Below are positions 34,146-43,908 of a stretch of 64,000 nt of DNA, in pieces. This DNA is from an uncultured archaeon (GTDB lineage Archaea > Aenigmatarchaeota > Aenigmatarchaeia > QMZP01 > QMZT01): NCBI GenBank assembly GCA_964347025.1, contig CAYFWU010000004.1:3752-67751 (forward strand), given 5' to 3'. Position numbers and translations under genes: made by a program. Numbering within the stretch: position 1 is the stretch's first letter; every line of letters starts with the position of its first letter. The notes under the pieces are model-generated. The model saw nothing but the letters and a program-made list of their open reading frames with translations. It searched no databases and was not told the origin of the DNA.

Positions 34146-35009
34146 TTAACTGTCAGTTACAGCCGTGAACGTTATGGTTCCCGTGTAAATGAGGTTCTCA
34201 ATGCTTCCTGGTATGCTTATCTTCCAGTAGGTTTTGTTCGTGCTCACACCATTCGTTCGTTTCGCAAGACTGAAGTCTGCCCATGTTGAAGTGTTGGTGA
34301 GTGCAGTCATCAACGTTGCGTAGTCCTGATAATAATCAGTCACGTTGTAGTGCACGTTTCCAACTGTTATATTAGCTACGGTCGCTGTTGTGTTGGTCAA
34401 ATTAGTCCCGCTCAGGTTAAGGTCCATTATCACATTCCCACAGTTGGTTACCGTGTTGTTGACATCATCCGAGCTCGTCGCTCCGGGGCTCAATGTCAGG
34501 AAGTCAATCGTGTTATCTGCATCCAATGCTATGAGCGAATTAACAGTTACATTTGAAGAATTGCTATCAGATTCCCCACCAGTGTCGTTCGCATAAACCT
34601 TACACGTCCAGTTCGCCGGGTTCGCATAATATTGAAGAGTGAGCGAACAGTTCGCCTGCACAGTCGAACCCGAACCGCTGTTCAGCGTGCAACTCACATT
34701 CGTATAGTGATTCGAGTTGTCATCCGAGTTTCCCTCGTTGGTCGCTGCTTCATCCCAGAAAGTTACATTCGCAGCCTGCACATCATTGTAACCGTTCGCA
34801 TCCGTTACTGTCGCATTGCACCAGATCGTAACAGTTCCGCACGAGGAAAGATCAATCGGAGAAGGTGTAAAGTATATGTTCCCAACCACAGGTGCTGCAG
34901 TTCCTACAGCTACGCTTGAGGTGATATCTTCGCCAAACGCCAGCGGTACTGCCAGCAAAGCAAGTAGAACCAATCCAAAGGCTGAACCATATATTATCTT
35001 ATTTTTCAT
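34146..35009 (-). CDS. secreted sequon-rich surface protein, tandem paralog B
   Basis: 287 aa with a Sec-type signal (..AVPLAFG-ED). By manual count there are about 16 N-x-S/T sequons. Confidence 0.5.
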   Translation of the reverse strand: MKNKIIYGSAFGLVLLALLAVPLAFGEDITSSVAVGTAAPVVGNIYFTPSPIDLSSCGTVTIWCNATVTDANGYNDVQAANVTFWDEAATNEGNSDDNSNHYTNVSCTLNSGSGSTVQANCSLTLQYYANPANWTCKVYANDTGGESDSNSSNVTVNSLIALDADNTIDFLTLSPGATSSDDVNNTVTNCGNVIMDLNLSGTNLTNTTATVANITVGNVHYNVTDYYQDYATLMTALTNTSTWADFSLAKRTNGVSTNKTYWKISIPGSIENLIYTGTITFTAVTDS

Positions 35010-35090
35010 TTTACCCCAAGTCCCCCGAATTTAATTTAAATATTTCGAATCAGGGTATAAAAAAGTTTTTCGTTTAAACATACGCTTGTT

Positions 35091-35681
35091 TCAGACCTTT
35101 TCCACCTCTCCATTTGGTGTTTTCTCAGAAAAAATCTCCGAATGGAAACGGAAGATCTCCGTCCCCTCGTACGTCCAGGCATCCTGGGATAGAAACGCTT
35201 TCATACACAGTTGTTCCAGAAACGTTTTCACATCCCATCCTTGTTCTTTCGGGACCTGAGGAAGGAGGAGACCTGACTGCATTCCGTTCTTTATGATCAG
35301 ACCATCCTTCCCGATCTTTATCTTTTCGGGATACTCCTCCGGTTTCCTGACCCTGATCCTTTCCGGTTTGGTAAGAACCGAGACCTCAACAATTATGTTA
35401 TCAATTTCACTGGGCCGCAGCTCAGGGAATCTCGGATCCTGCGTGACACTCATCGCGCTCTCTATAATCGACTCTATCAGCGGCTTGACAGGATACGGAA
35501 TGCCTATGCACCCACGCAATTCCTTTCCGGGATAGGTGTGAAGGGTGGTGAAAACCCCTCTGTTATCATAAAAATCCTTCGAAAGGTTTCTCGGTTTCTT
35601 CATACTCTTCCTTTCATTCACCCACTTTTCGATTGTTTCTCGGGCAAACTTAACCGCGAATTCTCCATCCTTAATATTCAT
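35091..35681 (-). CDS. AMMECR1 domain protein
   Basis: 196 aa. GVFTTLHTYPGKELRGCIGIPYP is the AMMECR1 signature. Confidence 0.8.
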   Translation of the reverse strand: MNIKDGEFAVKFARETIEKWVNERKSMKKPRNLSKDFYDNRGVFTTLHTYPGKELRGCIGIPYPVKPLIESIIESAMSVTQDPRFPELRPSEIDNIIVEVSVLTKPERIRVRKPEEYPEKIKIGKDGLIIKNGMQSGLLLPQVPKEQGWDVKTFLEQLCMKAFLSQDAWTYEGTEIFRFHSEIFSEKTPNGEVEKV

Positions 35682-36652
35682 GATTTCACCTTTTGGTATT
35701 TACCAAGAAGCTTGTTCAATTCCTTTACAAAATCTTTAAACCTGTTCAGAGGTATACGCGCTCCCGACGCCTGCGGATGACCTCCTCCAGACCCATCAAC
35801 CGCTTCCGCCGCGTCCTCTGCGAGTACGTTCAGAGGGATTGAATAATCTCTTGAACGCATGGTTATGTCCAGGTAACTTCTCCTGGTATGTATAGCCAGA
35901 CCGATCCTTGTTTTCGTTACAGTGGAAGCGAACAGGGCTGAAGGGCCCCGGAAACCGAAGAAGGCTATGTCTTTCACGAATCCCACATCCCCTATGCTCT
36001 TCGCCTGCTTCTTCACGATCTCGTAAAGATCGAATTCCTCGTTAACAACCTTTTTCGCAACCTTTACCAGACCAGGAACATCTGAAGGGTTGTTGCCTTC
36101 GGCTAACGTTCTCGCAATCATCCTTTTCGAGTCATACCTCTCGAACTTCTCGTCCTTTATGCCCAGAACGATCGTGCTCGCCTCGAAGTAGAGGGCCCGC
36201 GCATCCCAGTTCTTTATCCTCTCCTCAACAAACTCCGTATGCTGGGAGTAATCTCCTATCGCTCCGTAGATCGCGATCCATACCCTTTCTCTTGGGATTT
36301 CTTTCTGGAAGTATCTGTATACGAGCTCGGACGCGCTCGCCTCTTCATTCACATAGGCCTTCAGGTTCTTCGCTAGTTTCGCCTTCACCTTCTCTGGAAG
36401 AAAGTGATGATCGAAGTAGTAGATTTCACTCCCCTTCGCCCTCTCCTCAAGAAGTTTCACTACTCTAGATATATCCTTCCTTGTAATCGCTATGTCGGTG
36501 ATTATTATCCGGTCAGCATCGAATTTCTCCAGATCCTCATAGAAAGAAACAGGTTTCGTGAAGAACAATTCCGCTTCCGGGAACTTCGAGAGAGCGATCG
36601 CTCCTGCACATATCCCGTCACAATCGGAATGAGTAAAGATGATTGTTTTCAT
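35678..36652 (-). CDS. DHH/DHHA1 family phosphoesterase (RecJ/NrnA-like)
   Basis: 324 aa. Has HSDCDGICAG (motif I-II region), an FDHH motif and the DHHA1 motif GGGHPQASGA. Confidence 0.75.
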   Translation of the reverse strand: MKTIIFTHSDCDGICAGAIALSKFPEAELFFTKPVSFYEDLEKFDADRIIITDIAITRKDISRVVKLLEERAKGSEIYYFDHHFLPEKVKAKLAKNLKAYVNEEASASELVYRYFQKEIPRERVWIAIYGAIGDYSQHTEFVEERIKNWDARALYFEASTIVLGIKDEKFERYDSKRMIARTLAEGNNPSDVPGLVKVAKKVVNEEFDLYEIVKKQAKSIGDVGFVKDIAFFGFRGPSALFASTVTKTRIGLAIHTRRSYLDITMRSRDYSIPLNVLAEDAAEAVDGSGGGHPQASGARIPLNRFKDFVKELNKLLGKYQKVKS

Positions 36653-36703
36653 AATAGAGAAAATTTGTCCTAACGGATATAAAAATAGAGCAAAAAGAAC
36701 TTT

Positions 36704-37657
36704 TCACAGGCTCACACGCTGGAACTTACCGTCTTTAAATATTATCAATTCTGGTTTAATCGTGTTTTCCATCCAGTCCTCTGCCTTAGGAGTTCTATCA
36801 TTGAAAAGCTTCAGACTTCCGTAATACCCACTGTGATCATAAGTAAGAACAACGTCTTCAGGCCTGGTTGGCAAGTTGTGATCCCCTCCATAGGTAGGAA
36901 GATCTTTTACTGAAGAAAACCTCCCTAGATCCGGTTTCTCCTGTGTGAGCTCAATTATTACAAACCTCTCAAAGGAGTCATCAAGAACGCAAAGTCCCAG
37001 ATGCTTCTCTAACTTGAGCAACCTATACCTATCAATCATTCCCGCGGTCTTGAACAAAGTCGCTCCGAATGTATGCATATCCTCACAGTCCATCTCAACG
37101 CCTTCAAAGTCTCTACCGTGCTTAACAACATAGGCCTGGTTGGGTGTTAGCGCAAGTTCTTTAAAACCGAAATTTTCCATATCGCTACCATATTCGAAAT
37201 CCATTTGACTCTCCAAAAACTTAAACATTCTTACTATATTTTTATTGCATTTCAATGGATTTTTTATCTGTAACTTATTTCTTTCAACTTCGATTCCTAG
37301 GTAACCCATTCTATCGTAAATCAATGCTGCAGCAGGAATATTAGTAGGCTTAATTGTTCTTTCTTCCTGGGTCAACTTCCCTTCATCTATAAGTTTCTTT
37401 TCTTCCATAACTGTTTTCAGAACCGCATAATCATCAGGAAGAGGATGTTCATCGGGGTGAACATTGATTGCAGGGAGTTTCGTCAAAATAGTAGCTTGAG
37501 GAGGCGGGTCTTCTGTTCCTCTAAAGTAATCAGTAGCAAGTGAGGATGTGATAGCACCAATGTTGTAACTCAGCTGTTTAAAAATTTTCTTAATCTCTTT
37601 ATCAGTATATTCGTTCTTTAGGTGATAACGACAAAGTTCCTTTACTTTGTCTTCCAT
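36704..37657 (-). CDS. hypothetical protein (orphan, about 317 aa)
   Basis: Long ORF with coding-like composition and no overlap conflicts. No motif recognised. The likely start is the ATG at 37657 (the track ORF extends to 37693). Confidence 0.4.
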   Translation of the reverse strand: MEDKVKELCRYHLKNEYTDKEIKKIFKQLSYNIGAITSSLATDYFRGTEDPPPQATILTKLPAINVHPDEHPLPDDYAVLKTVMEEKKLIDEGKLTQEERTIKPTNIPAAALIYDRMGYLGIEVERNKLQIKNPLKCNKNIVRMFKFLESQMDFEYGSDMENFGFKELALTPNQAYVVKHGRDFEGVEMDCEDMHTFGATLFKTAGMIDRYRLLKLEKHLGLCVLDDSFERFVIIELTQEKPDLGRFSSVKDLPTYGGDHNLPTRPEDVVLTYDHSGYYGSLKLFNDRTPKAEDWMENTIKPELIIFKDGKFQRVSL

Positions 37658-37810
37658 TTTGGTTCTAAAATTATCTTCCCTTCGAAGGCACATGTTTTAT
37701 TCTTGACAGTAAATTTTTTAACTTTAACCACCTCTCAGAAATAATAATTTGAATCCTTGTCCTAATAATTCTCTCTCAAGTTTTTTAAATAACCCGATTT
37801 AATATTATTC

Positions 37811-39163
37811 ATGGCTTTCGACATCACTTTGACAATGACTTACTTCGCTTTCTTACTCGGTTTCGGTGTGATCATAGCGAATCTTCTCAAAAAAGCGAGA
37901 ATTCCCGACACCTTTTTTCTCCTCCTGCTGGGCCTTATATTGGGACCAACGGTCTTCATGCACCCCTTTGTTATGCAGTACGTCAACGTCGTGCTGGTTG
38001 ATGTAAGCGCAATGGGAGCTGTCCCGGATTTCCTGCGTATACTAGCGCTAATCCTTGTCGTGTTCACCGGGACGTTTAATCTGAGCTGGAAGGTCTTCAA
38101 ACGCTTTTCAGACGTTTCCGTTAACCTCGCCTTTGTCGGGGTTGTCTTCAGCACGGCATTCCTTGGTCTGATCGCCCACCTGATATTCGGTTTCAATCCC
38201 GTATACGCTCTCCTGCTGGGAGCGGTTATAAGCGGGACAGGTACAGGAGTTTTATACGCCTTTGAACACTCGCTCTCGAGATCAAGGAGAGCGCTGGCGA
38301 TCATAAAGGTGGAATCCATCTTCAACTCGCCCCTCACAGTTCTTTTACCAATCATCTTCCTCGATCTTGTTCTGATGGAGCCAGGCGCTCTATTCGAGCC
38401 CATGAAATACCTCGCGCTCTTCTGGCAGATGATTGTCGCTGGGGTTGGGACAGGGATAATAATAGGGTTTGCGGTCTCAAAAATAATGAGAGGAATGCTG
38501 AAAGAATATTCTTCACTGATCCTTTTCTCAATCGCCCTAATAACCTACGCCCTCGCGGAGAACGTCGGCGGATCAGGCATGCTTGCAGTTGCTATCTGCG
38601 GTCTGATATCCGGAAACCTTGTCCTATCAGAAAGGGAAAAGGAAGAGGTTAAAAGGTTCGAGGACCAGCTTTCGGAAATGCTGAGGATTTCCGTTTTCAC
38701 CCTCTTGGGGGCCCAGGTCATGCTACCATTTGATTTTAACCAGTTGCTGATAGCATTCATATTCTTCCTCATTGTGTTTTTCTCGCGGCCGATCTTTTTG
38801 ATACCGACCCTGGGCAAGCAGAGGAAGAAATTCGACAGGAAAGATCTCGTGCTAATGAGCTTCGTCGCCCCCAGAGGTCTCGCAGCAGCTGCAATGGCCC
38901 CAATAATCGCGACCGTCCTGACAGGGATAGGATCTCCTGAAGTGGGGACCCAGATGGTTAACATAATATTCCTTGTGATCCTGTTCTCGGTACTCTTCTC
39001 AACAGTAGTCGCTGGAATAATGAGCACCAGGTATGTTCAGGACATGGGAAAGGAGGAGAAACCTCCAAAACCGAAAGAGCCGGAGGAACCAAAACAACCG
39101 AAAGAGCCAGAAAAACCAAGGGAAGAAAAATTCTTAGAAGAGGCGGAACAGGCAGTCGGATAG
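37811..39163 (+). CDS. Na+/H+ (cation/proton) antiporter, CPA1/NhaP-like, with Pro/Lys/Glu-rich tail
   Basis: 450 aa with about 11-12 TM segments and a typical CPA N-terminus. The C-terminal tail reads KPPKPKEPEEPKQPKEPEKPREEK. Confidence 0.7.
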   Translation: MAFDITLTMTYFAFLLGFGVIIANLLKKARIPDTFFLLLLGLILGPTVFMHPFVMQYVNVVLVDVSAMGAVPDFLRILALILVVFTGTFNLSWKVFKRFSDVSVNLAFVGVVFSTAFLGLIAHLIFGFNPVYALLLGAVISGTGTGVLYAFEHSLSRSRRALAIIKVESIFNSPLTVLLPIIFLDLVLMEPGALFEPMKYLALFWQMIVAGVGTGIIIGFAVSKIMRGMLKEYSSLILFSIALITYALAENVGGSGMLAVAICGLISGNLVLSEREKEEVKRFEDQLSEMLRISVFTLLGAQVMLPFDFNQLLIAFIFFLIVFFSRPIFLIPTLGKQRKKFDRKDLVLMSFVAPRGLAAAAMAPIIATVLTGIGSPEVGTQMVNIIFLVILFSVLFSTVVAGIMSTRYVQDMGKEEKPPKPKEPEEPKQPKEPEKPREEKFLEEAEQAVG

Positions 39164-39166
39164 AAT

Positions 39167-40507
39167 TTATTTTCTGAATGATTTTTCCAATTTTTCTATA
39201 CACTCATCTATTTCCTCTTTATTAACATTGAGCGGAGGACGGAAGCGAATGGATTTCGGCCAGGAGGCCAGAACCGCTAAACCGTTCTTCCAACAACGCA
39301 TACGGAATGAATCTCTCTGCTTCCTGCTCGGCATTTCTAACGCTAGGAAACACCCACGACCGCGGACGTTCGAGACCTTTTCGTTTCTCTCAGCGAGTTC
39401 CCACAGCCTTTTCACAAAATAATCACCCATCTTAGTTGCGTTATCCAAAAGTTTATCCTGCACTATGATCTCCAGATATCTCCTGCCCCTGACCATATCC
39501 ACGAGGTTCCCGCCCCATGTGGAATTGATCCTGCTAGATACATAAAACACATTGTCTTTCACCTCGTCCACTTTCTTGGAAGCCATGATCCCGCATATCT
39601 GGGATTTTTTCCCAAACGCGATAATATCCGGTTTTATTCCGAAGTGCTCGAAACCCCACATCTTCCCTGTTGCTCCAAACCCTGTCTGTATCTCGTCAAG
39701 TACGAACATTATATCATTTTCCCTGCAAACCCTTTCGAGCGATTGCAAAAATTCCGGACGGAAATGATTGTCTCCTCCCTCTCCCTGTATTGGCTCTATT
39801 ATAAGGCATGCAATACGTTTGGGATACTTCCTGAGGGCTGAATTTATCTGAGATAGCGATTTCTTCTCGTTCTTTTCCACTTCCTTTATCACCCCTTCAG
39901 TAACAGGGAAACGTAATTTCGGGTTAAGAACCCTTGGCCATTTGAACTTCGGGAAGTATTTAATTTTCGTATCCGCAGTGTTTGTTAACGAGAGCGTATA
40001 CCCCGAACGCCCATGGAAGGCTTCCTTGAAATGTATTACTTTTCTCCCTAGTTCTCGCTTCGCGCCGCGATTGAAGTTCTTTCGTATCTTCCAGTCAATC
40101 GCTGCCTTCAGAGCGTTCTCAACCGCTAACGCCCCTCCGGCTATGAGGAACAGATGTTTCATGAATTTTGGCATGGCAAGCCTGCTGAAGACCCTAACGA
40201 AGTGAGCATATTCCTCTGTGTAAACATCCGAATTCGCAGGGTTCTCGAGAGCAGCAGATCTCAGCTCCCGGAGGAAATCCCTATCCCTCATTTTCGGGTG
40301 GTTGTGCCCGATAGGAAGGGTTGAGAAGTAGGAATACATATCCAGGTATTTCCTCCCTGTCCTCGCATCCACCATGTACGAACCCTTCGAGCGCTCGAGA
40401 TCCACAACAATGTGAAAACCATCAACAAGAATTCTTTTCGCCAGAGTATCAATAACCTTACCCGGAGGAACATCCTCCGCAAGAAACCTGCTCTTTATCC
40501 GTGGCAT
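39167..40507 (-). CDS. class III aminotransferase, L-lysine 6-transaminase-like
   Basis: 446 aa. VDLERSKGSYMVDARTGRKYLDMYSYFSTLPIGHNHP and the PLP-Lys region FGKKSQICG resemble Lat-type enzymes. Confidence 0.75.
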   Translation of the reverse strand: MPRIKSRFLAEDVPPGKVIDTLAKRILVDGFHIVVDLERSKGSYMVDARTGRKYLDMYSYFSTLPIGHNHPKMRDRDFLRELRSAALENPANSDVYTEEYAHFVRVFSRLAMPKFMKHLFLIAGGALAVENALKAAIDWKIRKNFNRGAKRELGRKVIHFKEAFHGRSGYTLSLTNTADTKIKYFPKFKWPRVLNPKLRFPVTEGVIKEVEKNEKKSLSQINSALRKYPKRIACLIIEPIQGEGGDNHFRPEFLQSLERVCRENDIMFVLDEIQTGFGATGKMWGFEHFGIKPDIIAFGKKSQICGIMASKKVDEVKDNVFYVSSRINSTWGGNLVDMVRGRRYLEIIVQDKLLDNATKMGDYFVKRLWELAERNEKVSNVRGRGCFLALEMPSRKQRDSFRMRCWKNGLAVLASWPKSIRFRPPLNVNKEEIDECIEKLEKSFRK

Positions 40508-40529
40508 GTTTAATATTTGTCAGAATTTA

Positions 40530-41093
40530 TTAATTAACATATGAATGATCAGTCGGATTTTTTAAATCGTTATGCAAGGCTTCCATTTTTTCCAAGTTGT
40601 TTATGCATGCTATTATTCCCCCAAGTCCTATACTCTCTATAAGCCTTTCATAGCCCTCACCCGATGATCTTTCCCTGCCGGAGTTAATGTAGAAAGAAGC
40701 GTTTCTCACGTGCTCTCGTGCCTCTTCGAATCGGAATTCTTCCGCAGGCTTTAACACCCTAATCGATTCCTTGAAGACAAGAAATTCAGCCTCCGCAGGG
40801 TTCAGATCTAGATAATTATTGAGACGCTTTTTTACCAGTTTCTCATTCTGTTCATTTCCTATGAGCGCATATTCTTTCATGCTTTTGAACATCACTTCTC
40901 CTGGAGTAAGAAATTCATCCATCATTGTAGCGAACTTGTCCATCACCATACTTTTTTCTCTGCCCTCAAAACCTCCAATGTAATTCTCTATATCCTTTAT
41001 AGTCCGTTTCACATTCAAGTAATCTTTATTTCTAACGTAGGCCCTAAGCAGATTGCGGGCCCCTCTCAAATCACGCATCACAGATTCTTTCAT
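40530..41093 (-). CDS. hypothetical helical protein
   Basis: Start moved to the ATG at 41093, downstream of the rhomboid stop. 187 aa. No motif recognised. Confidence 0.35.
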   Translation of the reverse strand: MKESVMRDLRGARNLLRAYVRNKDYLNVKRTIKDIENYIGGFEGREKSMVMDKFATMMDEFLTPGEVMFKSMKEYALIGNEQNEKLVKKRLNNYLDLNPAEAEFLVFKESIRVLKPAEEFRFEEAREHVRNASFYINSGRERSSGEGYERLIESIGLGGIIACINNLEKMEALHNDLKNPTDHSYVN

Positions 41094-41140
41094 AATAATC
41101 ACTTTAGATTTATTTATCAGTAGTAAATTATTTAAGCTTT

Positions 41141-41866
41141 CTACCACAGAATAATTCCCAAAACCTTCGCTATCCCGTACAGGAATATCCCCAGGACGAA
41201 ATCTATTGCCCCCAAGAACAAATTCCCGATCCCTATTATGAAACTGAATATGGGACCCAGAAGTATGATTATTGCCACGAACAATATCAGCCACAGCAAA
41301 CCCTTTCCGGCCCTCCTCGGATCTGCCCGGAAGGCGAAGAGCACGCCAACAACCATGCCCGCGACATGCGCGATGTGAGCGACCCCAGAAACAATTTCTC
41401 CATAGTAAACGAGCATGGTCTCGATGATCGCATATATTATCGCTATCAGGCCAAGGGGAAGAGGGAATATGTAAAGGTTTATCATTTTTTTAGGTTTCGT
41501 GAGCATCGCGTAGCCCATCAGACCGAACACACATCCTGACGCTCCTACAACAGGATTCACTGATGTGATTCCGTACGCGAGACTCCCGACAATCCCTGAT
41601 ACGAAATAGATCAATAGAAATCTCTTGGGGGTGAGCTCCTCTTCCAGAACCTTCCCGAAAAAATACAGACCAAGCATGTTGAAGAACAGGTGAGAGGCGC
41701 TAGCATGGAGGAAAAGAGATGTAAACAATCTCCATACCTGAAGTATTAGGGGAGAGGAAAACGCGAAAAGGTCGAATGTCGTTTGCATCAGATTCTCGGG
41801 CATGGAGAAAACTAGTTCAAAAATTATCACGTTCGCCAGTATAAGTGCCCAGGTAAGCCTACCCAT
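41141..41866 (-). CDS. rhomboid family intramembrane serine protease
   Basis: 241 aa. Has the HASASHLFFNM motif, the catalytic GASGCVFG motif and a downstream HIAHVAG (His) motif. Confidence 0.8.
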   Translation of the reverse strand: MGRLTWALILANVIIFELVFSMPENLMQTTFDLFAFSSPLILQVWRLFTSLFLHASASHLFFNMLGLYFFGKVLEEELTPKRFLLIYFVSGIVGSLAYGITSVNPVVGASGCVFGLMGYAMLTKPKKMINLYIFPLPLGLIAIIYAIIETMLVYYGEIVSGVAHIAHVAGMVVGVLFAFRADPRRAGKGLLWLILFVAIIILLGPIFSFIIGIGNLFLGAIDFVLGIFLYGIAKVLGIILW

Positions 41867-41899
41867 AGATTATTCTTGGGCGGATACACTATTAAGATT

Positions 41900-42154
41900 T
41901 CATTTGGATTTCTCTTCCTTCGCTTCCTTCGGTGCGAGCACCTTCGCCAGTATGATTGTTACGATCACAACAACTACAGTCACCACGAAAGCCGCCATTG
42001 TCAAACTCGTAGCCCCTTCCGCGCTTTCGTACAAGGGTTTAAGCCATGCAGAGATCGCGTCTTTCCATACCAGTGCAGCCACAAAACCGAGGGCAGCTGT
42101 CATCAGTGTAAGCGTCTGCTTTTTGATCTCCTCAAAAACAGTCATCATATACAA
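41900..42154 (-). CDS. hypothetical small membrane protein
   Basis: 84 aa with two hydrophobic helices and a Lys/Glu tail. Confidence 0.35.
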   Translation of the reverse strand: MYMMTVFEEIKKQTLTLMTAALGFVAALVWKDAISAWLKPLYESAEGATSLTMAAFVVTVVVVIVTIILAKVLAPKEAKEEKSK

Positions 42155-42199
42155 CCCTCCTTAATTTTAATTTTTATTTAGAAACGGGTCTTATATATT

Positions 42200-42862
42200 A
42201 TGCCTAAAATAATCCTCATCCCCACCTCGCACATCGCTAGGGAAAGCCTGGAGAACGTAAGAAAAATCATCACGAAAGAGAAGCCGGAATGCATCGCCCT
42301 GGAACTGGATCTTAACAGGTATTACGCCCTGAAGGCAGAGGAGAAGGAAAGGTCAGGTTTCTGGGGAATGATAAAATCCTTCGGAATCTTCACGTCCCTG
42401 ATATACTGGATACTTAAGAAATTCCAGGGGTACTTTGGAGGAAAAACCGGGGTTCTGCCAGGATCCGAGATGCTGAAGGGGGTTGAAATCGCGGAGGAAC
42501 TAAAACTCCCCTTCGCCTTCATAGACCAGCCGGTCGAAAGGACGTTTTTCAATATAAAGAAAATCCCTCTTTCAGAGAAGCTCAGTCTGTTCTGGCTTTT
42601 GATAAAAGCGGTATTCGGTCTCGCTTACCCGTTCGGGAAGAAGGTGGAGATTGATCTCTCCAAGGTTCCGCCAAAAAAACTGATAGAAGAGGCCATGAAA
42701 CAATTCAGGAAAGATCTCCCGGGTTTCTATAATGTCCTGGTGGAGGAAAGAAACGCTGTCATGGCAAGAAACCTGAAAGCCCTCGCTAAGAAATTCGATA
42801 AGATTGTCTGCGTGATAGGAGCCGGGCACGAAAAGGGATTGAAAAAATTGTTGGCACAATAA
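42200..42862 (+). CDS. TraB/GumN family protein
   Basis: 220 aa. ILIPTSHIARESLENV....KPECIALELD and a C-terminal GAGHEKGL match the TraB family. Confidence 0.7.
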   Translation: MPKIILIPTSHIARESLENVRKIITKEKPECIALELDLNRYYALKAEEKERSGFWGMIKSFGIFTSLIYWILKKFQGYFGGKTGVLPGSEMLKGVEIAEELKLPFAFIDQPVERTFFNIKKIPLSEKLSLFWLLIKAVFGLAYPFGKKVEIDLSKVPPKKLIEEAMKQFRKDLPGFYNVLVEERNAVMARNLKALAKKFDKIVCVIGAGHEKGLKKLLAQ

Positions 42863-42898
42863 ACACTTAAAAATCTTAAAACGAAAAAATAATTTTGA

Positions 42899-43897
42899 AT
42901 GAGAACTAACAGACATATTATTGATTCTAGACAGTTCAAGGAAAGAGAGGTTCTAGAAAGGCTTTTTGAACTATCGGATGACATGAAAGCCTACAAGTAC
43001 TTTGAACTTGAAGGGGGCCAGTACGAAAAACTTCTCCTCTCCAGTGAACCAAGAAAGAAAATTCTGTGTACGCTGTTCTACGAGCCTAGCACAAGAACAA
43101 GATTTTCATTTGAATCCGCAATGAAGTTGATAGGAGGCGATTTCATAAACACAGAATCTGCAGGGCATTTCTCTTCCGCAGCAAAGGGTGAATCGATTCC
43201 TGATGCAATCACAGTTATCGGAAATTATGTAGATGCGATTGTTATGAGGCATCCCAAGAGGGGCAACGCAAGACTGGCAGCAGAACATTCACCTGTCCCT
43301 ATTATTAATGCCGGTGACGGTGACGGTCAGCACCCCACACAGACACTTCTGGACATATATACAATCAATGAGGAACTGGGAAGAATTGATGATCTGGAGG
43401 TGGGCATGGTCGGAGATTTACTTAAAGGGAGAACAGTACATTCCCTTGCTTATCTACTTGCACACCAGAAGAACATAAAATTGTATTTTGTTTCCCCGGG
43501 AATGATAAGAATGCCCCCAGACATTATTAAATACCTTGAAAGAAAAAACATCCCTGTGGAGGAAACGGCAGATCTCAAAAAAGTTGCAAAGAGGGTTGAT
43601 GTTCTTTACGTCACAAGAATTCAGAAGGAACGTCTCAGACCTGAAGATTACGAAAAGGTTAAGGGAGTTTACGTGGTTGATGGGGAAATGGCGGATTCAA
43701 TGAAAAAAGATTCAATAATCATGCATCCGCTACCAAGAGTTGATGAAATCTTAACCGAAGTTGATGAACATTCAAGAGCAGCCTACTTCAGACAGGCCGA
43801 GAACGGACAGTATGTAAGGATGGCCCTGTTAAAGACTATTCTGGAGCCTGATAAATACTGGTCCGAGTTTTTCAGCAGGCCGATCCCCAAGAAATAA
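42899..43897 (+). CDS. pyrB: aspartate carbamoyltransferase catalytic subunit
   Basis: 332 aa. Has EPSTRTRFSFE, HPTQTLLD, VTRIQKERL and HPLPRV motifs. No pyrI lies adjacent. Confidence 0.8.
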   Translation: MRTNRHIIDSRQFKEREVLERLFELSDDMKAYKYFELEGGQYEKLLLSSEPRKKILCTLFYEPSTRTRFSFESAMKLIGGDFINTESAGHFSSAAKGESIPDAITVIGNYVDAIVMRHPKRGNARLAAEHSPVPIINAGDGDGQHPTQTLLDIYTINEELGRIDDLEVGMVGDLLKGRTVHSLAYLLAHQKNIKLYFVSPGMIRMPPDIIKYLERKNIPVEETADLKKVAKRVDVLYVTRIQKERLRPEDYEKVKGVYVVDGEMADSMKKDSIIMHPLPRVDEILTEVDEHSRAAYFRQAENGQYVRMALLKTILEPDKYWSEFFSRPIPKK

Positions 43898-43908
43898 TTT
43901 TATTTAAC

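Noticed and set aside
37840-39027. Minus-strand ORFs of 187 and 160 aa inside the antiporter gene
   Set aside because: They are antisense to a 450-aa polytopic transporter that has a coherent TM pattern. They are shadow ORFs.
41094-41294. N-terminal extension of the 254-aa ORF overlapping the rhomboid gene
   Set aside because: It overlaps the 3' end of the rhomboid protease gene in another frame. The internal ATG at 41093, downstream of the rhomboid stop, is the more plausible start.
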